The notes under the pieces are model-generated. The model was given only the letters and a program-made list of their open reading frames with translations, was not told the DNA's origin and did no database searches. From the NCBI GenBank assembly GCA_030867685.1, contig JAQOWU010000003.1:310001-374000 (forward strand): a DNA stretch of 64,000 nucleotides. Direction: 5' to 3'. Below are positions 52,158-61,376 of this stretch, piece by piece. The position numbers and the translations under genes were made by a program. The number at the start of each line of letters is the position of its first letter. Position 1 is the first letter of the stretch. The DNA is from Wickerhamiella versatilis (taxonomy: Eukaryota).

Positions 52158-54431
52158 TTAGTTATGGAGGTCGAAGCGGTCAAGGTTCATAACATGGTTC
52201 CAAGCACTGATGAAGTCCTTGACAAACCGCTCCTGACCATTTGCGCTGCCATAAACTTCGCATACCGCGCGAAGCTGGGCGTCATGGCCGAAGATAAGGT
52301 CAACTCTGGTAGCATCCCAAAGGTGTTTGCCAGATTCACTATCAATACCTTGGAAACGGGTCTTCTTCTCATCGACTGGCTTCCAGGACGTGAATGGGGT
52401 TAGAAGATTTACGAAGAAATCGTTCGTGAGAGCACCTGGCTTATCAGTGAACACACCAAGCTTCGAGTTGTCCCAGTTCATGCCCAAGACACGGAGACCA
52501 CCGACAAGTGCCACCAGCTGTGGGGGGGTCAAGCCGAGCAGCTGCGCACGGTCAACAAGGAATGCTTCAGGAGTAACCTTGGTGGCGACGTTGTCCAGTT
52601 TTTCGTAGTTCCTGAAGCCATCGATGATGGGACGTAGCCACTCAAAGCTCTCAATATCCGTATCCTCCTGGGTGGTGTCGGCACGGCCAGGGACGAACGG
52701 CACCTTCAAATCTAGACCGCCCTTCTTGATGGCGCCCTCGATAGCAGCAGCACCTCCAAGGATGATCAGGTCAGCCAGTGATACCTGCTTGTCGCCAGAC
52801 TGCTTACCATTGAACGACTTTTGTACGCCTTCCAGAGCGCTTAGGACCTCCTCAAGCTCAGCAGGGTTGTTCACTTCCCAGTCCTTCTGAGGCGAAAGAC
52901 GGATACGTGCACCGTTGGCACCACCACGATAATCAGTAACGCGGTGGGTGGATGCAGATGCCCACGCGACCTTGGCGAACTTGATAGGCTCAACACCTGT
53001 CTCAAGGATGGCGTGCTTCAAGCTTGCGATATCCGAGTCATCAATAAGGGTGTGGGTGACAGGGGGAATCGGGTCTTGCCAGATAAAGTCCCTCTTGGGC
53101 ACCTCAGGACCCAGATACCTTATCTTGGGACCCATATCACGGTGAGTGAGCTTGAACCAGGCCTGGGCAAATGCCTCAAGGAACACTTCGGGCTCATCAC
53201 GGTACCTGCGGATAATCTTGTTAAACTCAGGGTCGTCCTTCAGCGCAATATCCGAAGTCATCATCATAAGTGGGTTCTCTTTACCGGCGATGTGGGCATC
53301 AGGAGTTAGCTCCTCCTTCTTGATCACCTTTGGCTTCCACTGATTGGCGCCAGCAGGACTCTTTGTCACCTCCCACTCGAGGTCAAGCAAGTTGTCGAGA
53401 TACTCACTATCCCATCTAGTAGGGTGCTGTACCCATGATCCCTCAATACCGTTCGTCATGGTGTACTGAGCATTACCTGTGCCGGCCTTATTGATCCAGC
53501 CCAGTCCCTGGTGCTCAATTGACGCGTTGGTGGGAGGGGGTCCAACATTGTCCTTAGAAACGGCACCGTGACTCTTACCGAAGGTGTGGCCACCAGCAAT
53601 TAGCGCTACAGTCTCCTCATCATTCATCGCCATGCGCCTGAACGTGTTACGAATATCACGGGCAGATCCAATTGGGTCCGGGTTCGCCGCAGGACCTTCG
53701 GGATTGACGTAGATCAGGGCAGCTTCCGAATTAGAGAGAGGGTCCTCAAGGTCATAGTACTTGTCCTTGGGGGTTCCGTGCCAGCGGCCACGGCCAAAGT
53801 CCTCGGCAACCTCTGGTCCCCAGTATGTATCGAGATCGGGTTCCCAGGCATCAACTCGTCCGCCGCCAAAGCCAATGGTCTTGGCGCCCATGCTCTCAAA
53901 TGCAACGTTGCCTGCGAGCACTAGCAGGTCTGCCCAGCTCAGAGAATCACCGTACTTCTGCTTGATGGGCCACAGAAGTCTACGAGTCTTATCAGTATTT
54001 CCGTTGTCAATCCAACTGTTGATAGGCAGGAAGCGCTGCAACGCATTGCCTGCACCACCACGACCATCAGCAACCCGATAAGTACCGGCAGAGTGCCACG
54101 AGGTACGAATCATCTGCGGTCCATAGTGGCCGTAGTCGGCTGGCCACCAACTTTGCGAGGTGTGCATCCACTCGTGAAGGTCCTTCTTGAGCTGAGCGAA
54201 GTCGATCTTGCTGAAAGCTTCCGCATAGTTGAAGTCTGGTCCATATGGATTAGATTTTGGCGAAGGCCTGCTAAGGATTTCCACATGAACGTCCCGAGGA
54301 TACCAGGCCTCAACGGCAGGTCCAGTGCCTTGAACACCACCTATCCTGGTTCCTCCAAATGGGCAGGCTGAAGCCTTGTTCTCACGTGTTGAGAGTTTTG
54401 GCGAAGAGCTGTCGAGATATGGGCAACTCAT
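52158..54431 (-). CDS. katG: Catalase-peroxidase
   Basis: CPF N-terminus, WWPADYGHYGP, RTSWHSAGTYR (distal R/W/H), LIYVNPEGP, RMAMNDEETVALIAGGHTFGKSHG, AWFKLTHRDMGP, GGANGARIRL, VMNLDRFD. ATG 54431 is preferred over 54479 because a TATTTAA element lies at ~54494-54500. Confidence 0.95.
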   Translation of the reverse strand: MSCPYLDSSSPKLSTRENKASACPFGGTRIGGVQGTGPAVEAWYPRDVHVEILSRPSPKSNPYGPDFNYAEAFSKIDFAQLKKDLHEWMHTSQSWWPADYGHYGPQMIRTSWHSAGTYRVADGRGGAGNALQRFLPINSWIDNGNTDKTRRLLWPIKQKYGDSLSWADLLVLAGNVAFESMGAKTIGFGGGRVDAWEPDLDTYWGPEVAEDFGRGRWHGTPKDKYYDLEDPLSNSEAALIYVNPEGPAANPDPIGSARDIRNTFRRMAMNDEETVALIAGGHTFGKSHGAVSKDNVGPPPTNASIEHQGLGWINKAGTGNAQYTMTNGIEGSWVQHPTRWDSEYLDNLLDLEWEVTKSPAGANQWKPKVIKKEELTPDAHIAGKENPLMMMTSDIALKDDPEFNKIIRRYRDEPEVFLEAFAQAWFKLTHRDMGPKIRYLGPEVPKRDFIWQDPIPPVTHTLIDDSDIASLKHAILETGVEPIKFAKVAWASASTHRVTDYRGGANGARIRLSPQKDWEVNNPAELEEVLSALEGVQKSFNGKQSGDKQVSLADLIILGGAAAIEGAIKKGGLDLKVPFVPGRADTTQEDTDIESFEWLRPIIDGFRNYEKLDNVATKVTPEAFLVDRAQLLGLTPPQLVALVGGLRVLGMNWDNSKLGVFTDKPGALTNDFFVNLLTPFTSWKPVDEKKTRFQGIDSESGKHLWDATRVDLIFGHDAQLRAVCEVYGSANGQERFVKDFISAWNHVMNLDRFDLHN

Positions 54432-54987
54432 CTTCTCAATTGATCTAGAGGTATACGCTGTGCGACGAAAAGCCTTCATTTAAGGGAGATGTCTTAAATA
54501 ACGCGAATATCGTTCTAGGCCCTTGACCCTTACCTTTGCTGTCAGTGGTTAGGGCTATGGAAACGGTGGGAAGTCCCCACGTCCGACAATGCCTAGATTT
54601 TAACAGGAAACAATTATATATAATGTATCCTATTGCTTAACCACACACTGGGCAATATATTTCAAATGTCTACTGTGCCATAGGAGTCGCTCAATGAGAC
54701 TAAATGCGAGTCTAGGGATTCATATATGACTAAACACGTTTGTAACGGAAATTGCTAGTCCTGGATTGGTTGCGGCCAGGGATCTGGTGGGGGAGGCGCA
54801 ACAAATTCTAGACGAGTAAGACAATTTGAAATCAAAATATTCTAGAATTCATGATAATTACTCATCTAAGTTTAAGCACCGTGGAGAAAACAAAACAAAA
54901 CAAAAGAGAAAATTAAAGGGCATAACGAAATAAATCATAAATAAAACGTCTATAGATTGCATCATAGTAGATAGTGGTATCCAAGTG

Positions 54988-55509
54988 TCATACAGATATA
55001 GTGCTGGGATGGTGGGATTCCTTGAATCTCTCAGCTTCGACCCATTCCTTCACCCACGCAGCATAAGCCATCTTGACACGGTCTTTGAGACAGAGGTCGC
55101 TGACGATCAGCAGTACACTGAACAAAAGTGTTGCAATAATTACGTGGGTGTTCCACCCACCAGTGATCGATATTGAACCAAGAAAAATCAAGATTCTGGC
55201 AGGCACAACAAGCTTAAAGTTAATGGCCCGGATAAATGGGTCATTCGCCTGGATCTCGTAATAGTTGTACCATTCATCTTCCCAATTCTCACCACAAAGC
55301 TCCTCCATTTTTCGGTTCTCATAGCCTTTGCCCTTAGCCTCCAGCACCAGACCTATCGTACATGTGACTTGAGAAAATAGCAGAGCCTTAAAGCCAGAGA
55401 AGAAATTTATCACACTCCCCAGCATGAGTGCAGCACCTGTCAACCATATTTTCTTATTTCCTTCCACGTAGGACCGTAGTGGGTAGTTTTTGGCGCGCGA
55501 ATCACCCAT
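54988..55509 (-). CDS. Hypothetical membrane protein
   Basis: ORF with two pairs of hydrophobic segments; first ATG 55509. The 5' end is uncertain (possible 3' splice site at ~55532). Confidence 0.55.
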   Translation of the reverse strand: MGDSRAKNYPLRSYVEGNKKIWLTGAALMLGSVINFFSGFKALLFSQVTCTIGLVLEAKGKGYENRKMEELCGENWEDEWYNYYEIQANDPFIRAINFKLVVPARILIFLGSISITGGWNTHVIIATLLFSVLLIVSDLCLKDRVKMAYAAWVKEWVEAERFKESHHPSTISV

Positions 55510-56022
55510 TGGTGGCAGGGGAGCACTCAAGCTGTAAGATTTATTTTTATTAGTAATAACTAGCCACTGGATTGTAGATCTGTCTTGTTGTCATAACGTC
55601 CTGAAACATTCTTTTTGCATAATTTCAGCTATGTTACACAATACCTAACTTCCTAACCCCTTTATTATTTAACATTTAGTGGCACCCATCAGCGCCACTG
55701 GGATCTGTAACCAGTCACAAGATCTACTGAGGAAAGTTCGTTAAAGTCAATATTGATTCTAATCTAAGCGAAAAGTAACATAACAATGTTGGCAATTGCT
55801 TAAAATTTTTCACTATGCATTGTACTATATAAAATTGGCAACTGCCTCACCTGTCCCTCTGCAAATGGTTACGTACGATAACGTCATTTTGGGGAAAGAA
55901 ACCTGTGAGAAGCTAATATGTGTGGCTAGTTATGTAGCGGGACTAGAAGGTGATTCAAAAGAAATTAGGACATAGCAAGTCTACTGTAGTTTAGCTTTTA
56001 TACTCTACTTTAGTTAACGCAC

Positions 56023-57054
56023 TTAATTCCAATTCTTTTCCTGTTCCAGAATGCTCTTCGCAGTGTCCACAATTGTCTGCTCGAGCGTGTGATACTTGAG
56101 TCCAGATTGTTCATTGGTCTGAGAATTGTCGTACTTGGCCCAATTCGCAGCATCTGCAGCGAGATCGTAGCCCGCAGGTGCATGGGCTATCTTGAGATCC
56201 GGGAAATTCTTGTTGAGAATCTGCAAACCCGCATTGGGAGACATGTATCCAGCAACAACAAACCAGCGTTGTTCCTTAGCAGTCTCTTTCTCTAGAGCAA
56301 TGACATGGGCCAGCGCCACCTCGCGGACATCAACCTCCAAGGACTTTAAGCTGTTGTCAGTATTTTCACCTGGGGAAGATTTAAGCCACTGATACACGAA
56401 CTTGTTCGAGGTATTGAGCTGATCCGCCGATTTAAGTGGCTGAATCAAAGGCCCAATGACAAGAGGAGGGTTAACGGTAGTGGCGGTGAAATTCGGCTTG
56501 TTCTCCTCGATAAAAGTCCAGAGAACTTCCTCAGCAAGTTTCTTCGACGCGGTGTAGGTAATCTTAGGATCCTTCGTGGCCTCTTCGTAAGTGAAAGGGT
56601 TCCAGCTCTTCTCCGTATATTTATCCTCCGGGTTGCTCATCCGGGTGGGCTTGGTGATCGCCGCGAACGACGAAGTCACCACAACGTGCTTTACCTGCGG
56701 GCCATATGCCTTGATCGCCTTTAGGATATTGGTGGTTCCATGAATCGCAGGCTTCAGGATCTTGTTCTCAACATCCTCACTCGGATGATAAAATGGAGAA
56801 GCAGTGTGCAGGACGTAGGTGATCTCCTTGTGATTCTTGATGACCTCGTCGAATGCGCCCTCCTTAGCAATATCCTCAACTGTCACCAGCTTGAAACGGT
56901 CTTGACGGGACTTATAGGCGTCCACGAGCCATTGGGCCCTCTCAAGCGACCTCACTGTACCAATCACGTAGTAGCCGTGATCAAGCAGTATTCCCAAGAT
57001 GTGGGACGCAATGAAGCCAGTGGCGCCTGTCAACAATACAGTTTCTCCTGCCAT
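56023..57054 (-). CDS. NADPH-dependent aldehyde/methylglyoxal reductase (Gre2/Ari1-like extended SDR)
   Basis: VLLTGATGFIA, VIGTVRS, VLHTASPF, VVVTSSFAAI, YTASKKLAE, VNPPLVIGP, LNTSN, VDVREVALAH. Confidence 0.9.
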   Translation of the reverse strand: MAGETVLLTGATGFIASHILGILLDHGYYVIGTVRSLERAQWLVDAYKSRQDRFKLVTVEDIAKEGAFDEVIKNHKEITYVLHTASPFYHPSEDVENKILKPAIHGTTNILKAIKAYGPQVKHVVVTSSFAAITKPTRMSNPEDKYTEKSWNPFTYEEATKDPKITYTASKKLAEEVLWTFIEENKPNFTATTVNPPLVIGPLIQPLKSADQLNTSNKFVYQWLKSSPGENTDNSLKSLEVDVREVALAHVIALEKETAKEQRWFVVAGYMSPNAGLQILNKNFPDLKIAHAPAGYDLAADAANWAKYDNSQTNEQSGLKYHTLEQTIVDTAKSILEQEKNWN

Positions 57055-58176
57055 TCCGAATGTGTGAGTGATACAATCACTTGATTTGTAAAGCTATTTA
57101 TAATGATAACCTGGCAGTACCCGCCGGCGGCTATTGCCCTTCGCACTGACAATCACGTGATACTATCCCTATGGATACCGCAAACGAGTCGACCAGAGAA
57201 AGATCTGAACGCAGGCAGAAGCCGTGGTTTGATTTTAAACTTAAATTTATCTCCATTAATTAACCATAGCCTCAAGTGAAATGCTAGATTCGTTAGTCAG
57301 TGGTATGAATTGAACTTCGTGGTGCATGACAGAAAGAAACTGAGATCTTAGGGAATTGCATTGCGTTATTAGGTCCCGGCCCGGCTGGCATCCAGCTCAA
57401 CCAAACAATACTGTCCACAAAACTTAAGACGAAATACGTTAAGGCAATAGAAACCTCAATTTAGATTAAGGAAAGGACACCCTGTCCCCATGAGATATGC
57501 CTATAAAGATACATTAAACTCCAAGGCCTGAATGGTCATTTGGCTCTGAATCTAACAAGTTCTCGAAAGTTCGCTTGTGAGCTCTAAAATGCTGCAAGAG
57601 TGTGGCTTAACGTAATCAGCTCCGGTCTAGACCCTCGCTAATGTATATTACTCAGACTTCGGGAAAATTGTTGTCCCATACTTTCGAAAGCCGATCCGCA
57701 TTGGCATTGCAAGACCATACATAGCAATGATGTAGGTCGTTGGTACAACCCATAAAAATTTAGGTTCCTAAAACCACCAATAGCGAAAGTGAAGATAATT
57801 ATATTCTAAAATGCTTCTCGGCAGTCGAACTTGTCGGTGTTTAACACGATAACGTCGGATGACTAGTGAAAAAAAGGCTAAGAGACTTGGGATTTCATGC
57901 GAAATGTGTAGCTGGATCCGTAGTTTTCACAATGGCAAGGAAGGTTAAGCGGTATTTGATATTCTTTTGACCCTACAACTGCTTGTATCTCCTCAATGTT
58001 ACTGGTTACAAGCGCATATCGTATTACTCCCTTCGAATTCAAATTGTCGTTAGAACCGTCGGGAATTAGTTGTTATCGAGGTAAGGTTAGGATATCATCA
58101 ATCTATTACAAAAGCACATAGGTTAGTTGCTATATAAGGCTTAGTGTAAACCTACTTCCTGTCCGGATCAGAAACA

Positions 58177-59052
58177 ATGAGCAAACCGACAGTTGCAGTA
58201 TTGGGATTGGGTACAATGGGCCACCCATTCGCGGCTAACCTGATCAAAGGTGGGTTTGACGTCTGGGTGTGGAACCGCTCACCTGGTAAGGACGAGGATC
58301 TCGTAAATGCTGGTGGCAAACGTGCTAGCTCAGCAGCCGAGGCAGCAAGTAAGGCTGAGGTGGTGATCAGCATTCTTTCCACAGCCGAGGTGACGGAATC
58401 AGTACTGCTGGGCCCTAATGGCGCTCTCTCTGCCATGGCAGATGGAAGCGTGCTCGTACAGATGGGCACCATTGGCGTTGAGGCTACTGAGCAACTCGAT
58501 AAGAAGGTCAGTGCTGATTTCCCGAAAATTGTGTTGGTAGATGCGCCTGTTTCAGGAAGCAAGGTGCCTGCTGAGAAGGCCCTTATTCTTGTCCTCGCAA
58601 GTGGTGATGAGGAAAAGGCCAAGGCGACTGAGCCTATTTTCAAGACCATTGGCAAAGGAGCTCGCTGGCTTGGTCCGGTTGGCGCTGGAAGCCGCATGAA
58701 GCTAGCAGTGAATGCTTGGTTGATCGTTATGATGCAGGGAACCATCGAATCAGCTATGTTGGCTAAAAGCTATGGCTTCTCTCCTAATGACTTCTGGTCT
58801 GTCCTCGAAGGCGGTCCACTGGCTGCACCTTTCCAGAAGCCAAAGCTGGCTAAGATTGCTGAGGAGAACTATTCAACCGAGATGGCCCTCGAGTGGGGTC
58901 TCAAGGACGCTATTCTTGCCCTGGATACATACAACCCAGAACAACTCCCCAGCCTTTCGCGCATTACAGAAGTCTGGAAGCAGGCCGTGGATGCCGGTTT
59001 GGGTGAAGAAGATATTAGCGTTGTGAACAAGTACCTCGAGGAAAAGAAATAG
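58177..59052 (+). CDS. NAD(P)-dependent beta-hydroxyacid dehydrogenase (3-hydroxyisobutyrate DH/GarR family), bacterial-like
   Basis: VAVLGLGTMG, WNRS, QMGTIG, DAPVSGSKVPAE, MKLAVNAWL, GGPLAAP, LKDA; no mitochondrial presequence. Confidence 0.88.
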   Translation: MSKPTVAVLGLGTMGHPFAANLIKGGFDVWVWNRSPGKDEDLVNAGGKRASSAAEAASKAEVVISILSTAEVTESVLLGPNGALSAMADGSVLVQMGTIGVEATEQLDKKVSADFPKIVLVDAPVSGSKVPAEKALILVLASGDEEKAKATEPIFKTIGKGARWLGPVGAGSRMKLAVNAWLIVMMQGTIESAMLAKSYGFSPNDFWSVLEGGPLAAPFQKPKLAKIAEENYSTEMALEWGLKDAILALDTYNPEQLPSLSRITEVWKQAVDAGLGEEDISVVNKYLEEKK

Positions 59053-60053
59053 AGTCGGGTAGTAATAGAGTGTGTGTCACTTTTCAGGAATTTCTGGAGT
59101 ATGAACTTCTTGTAGTGGTACGAGTTTAGAGGCCGTTATTTTTTACATAGAGTTGCCTATCTAGTAGGTTTATGACTTCGATTTCTAGCAGCTCAAGGAA
59201 ACGAACCACAAGTCTATATATGGCATTGGTCGATTGAATCGAGTGAGCAGCCAGCACAGAGGCCGAACGTCGTATAAGTATTACGAGGAGAGCAAGGTGT
59301 TTCCAATCCCAATTACCAATCCTTCACATTATTTTTAACGGACCACAAAATTGGGAAATAATCTGAGATCAAAGGGCAAGATTTTATTAAATACCCAATT
59401 AATATTCCCAATACAGCCGCACCTTGCCTCTCGAAGACGGCCCTGCTGCTGAGGTAGATGCAAGACAACTCCTAATCTACATTAAATGCGTCCTAAATAA
59501 TTATGCAAGGTGGCCCACTTCACTACCTGAGACTGGTTGGACAAAAAACTAGTTGGCACTCTCTTGCTTTCGATTACCTACTCTCAGTTCCGTGAGGATG
59601 CGTTCTGATGGATCTTCAGAAATCATCCTTGAAAGTAATCTGATGTACACACAAATTAAAATCAGTCTCAGATAACGAATAAATCAGGTTTTACGTGCAA
59701 ATCAGTAACCCACATGTCGTTTCTCTGAACATCGCCAATCCCCTACCCTAAAAGATAAAGAAATTTTCTATCTAATGCACAATAGAGATCATTTTCGTTG
59801 CAATGCCGTATATAGTTTTTTTTCTGAAATTCCTAGCTTTTCGCCGTGCTCATAATCCTCTCTTTGATCCCCAATATCGTCAGTTCTCCGCATCATTCCT
59901 ACCCTGGCTCTGCATTGATGCCTAAGATTTCCCAACCTCGTACAGTGATCAACACAGCCTCATTAATTTTTTTTGTTCAATACTGTCCGATTCACTGCAC
60001 AGCGCTTCAGAGCGAGTTGAGATCCGATACTTACCGAAGACCCAGTATGCGTA

Positions 60054-61109
60054 ATGTTTTCGAACCAAGAAATGAAACCGAAGCGCACAGTCATTATTGG
60101 TCTCGATGGAGCAGGAAAGACGAGTATATTATTTCACTTAAAATTTGATGATTATGCCAAATCGAAACCCACAATAGGGATAAACATATCAGATGTCACC
60201 GTGAAGGGTATACCTTTCACTATTTGGGATCTTGGGGGGAGTAGAATGATTCGCCAACTATGGTGCCATCACTATGTGAATTTGCAGGCGCTCATATATG
60301 TGATAGACAGTACTGATTTGAAACGTGTTGGCGACGTAAAGCAGAGTTTATCTGGCGTCATTAATCGAACCACGTCTACCAGTGCACCAATTCTAATCTA
60401 TGCGAATAAGCAGGACCAGAAGGGGGCTCGCAGTATCCAGGACATTATTGCAAAAATAGATCTTGGCGGAATAGCCAGGCATAGAGAATGGTGCATTGTG
60501 GGCTCTTCAGCTATAACAGGAGAAGGACTTAATGAGGGCTTAGAGTGGTTGTCAAAAGCAATTTCCAAGAATACCCAAAAGATGCAGAACAGTTCTGCAA
60601 GCCTGAACACTCAAAGTGCTAATCTGAAACAAAGTGGTTCATGCACTAGTTTGGATACAGATGAAAGTTATTTGGCCAGTCTCGACGGACTAAGCTATGA
60701 TAGGAGTTTGTACACCCAAGATAGTGACTTCACAATTCCAGGAGACCAGGAACTGTGGCAGGTAACTACAGCAGAGTATGAGAGCGATGACGCAGATGAA
60801 ATTAGCCATTGCACCTCGCAGTCGGTGCCCTGGAGTCAAGAAAGCAGGCCTGTGTCCGCTTGTATAAAAGATGATTACCACGAGACTAGCCGGAAAGTAC
60901 AAGAAAGCAGGCCTATGTCCGCGTATATGAAAAATGATTACCACGAGACTAGCCGGAAAGTACCAGAAAGCTACCAATCCAGCCTATCCAGCAATGAATG
61001 CAGCGTATCTAATGATCAAAAACGAGGTCCTCAGAGAAAGAAAAAGGCGAGGAAGTACGCTGTGACAGCACTGAAGGCAATAGCTTTCGCCGTAGCTGAT
61101 TATCGCTAG
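60054..61109 (+). CDS. Atypical Arf-family small GTPase with long Ser-rich C-terminal extension
   Basis: GLDGAGKTS (G1), PTIG (G2), WDLGGS (G3), ANKQD (G4), SAITGEGLNEGLEWL, then about 180 extra residues. Confidence 0.85.
   Translation: MFSNQEMKPKRTVIIGLDGAGKTSILFHLKFDDYAKSKPTIGINISDVTVKGIPFTIWDLGGSRMIRQLWCHHYVNLQALIYVIDSTDLKRVGDVKQSLSGVINRTTSTSAPILIYANKQDQKGARSIQDIIAKIDLGGIARHREWCIVGSSAITGEGLNEGLEWLSKAISKNTQKMQNSSASLNTQSANLKQSGSCTSLDTDESYLASLDGLSYDRSLYTQDSDFTIPGDQELWQVTTAEYESDDADEISHCTSQSVPWSQESRPVSACIKDDYHETSRKVQESRPMSAYMKNDYHETSRKVPESYQSSLSSNECSVSNDQKRGPQRKKKARKYAVTALKAIAFAVADYR
60837..60971 (+). repeat. 63-bp (21-aa) coding tandem duplication in the Arf tail
   Basis: QESRPVSACIKDDYHETSRKV (60837-60899), QESRPMSAYMKNDYHETSRKV (60900-60962), then partial PES. 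Confidence 0.92.
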
Positions 61110-61376
61110 ATTCTTATTCTCTCGAGAACATTTTTCAATTTTGTACATATGATTTTGACCTTAGCCTTGACTTGATTACTTAAATTTGCGTCAATAAGCG
61201 TATCGACGCCTGGAAATCGTGGGTATAATATTAAAATAAGCTTTCAACTGACGGAAAACGTAATATATTTTATTGTTAAATGTAATTAAGAGCTCCGAAA
61301 GAGGCTTCGGAAAGGGCATTCACAATCATCACAAATTAAGACTTGAATAGTTGTCTGGACTTCTCAGTGTTGACTA

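Noticed and set aside
55532-55660. Intron upstream of the 54988 membrane ORF (TACTAAT...TTACAG on the minus strand)
   Set aside because: Branch and acceptor look plausible but no canonical donor gives a convincing in-frame exon; left unannotated.
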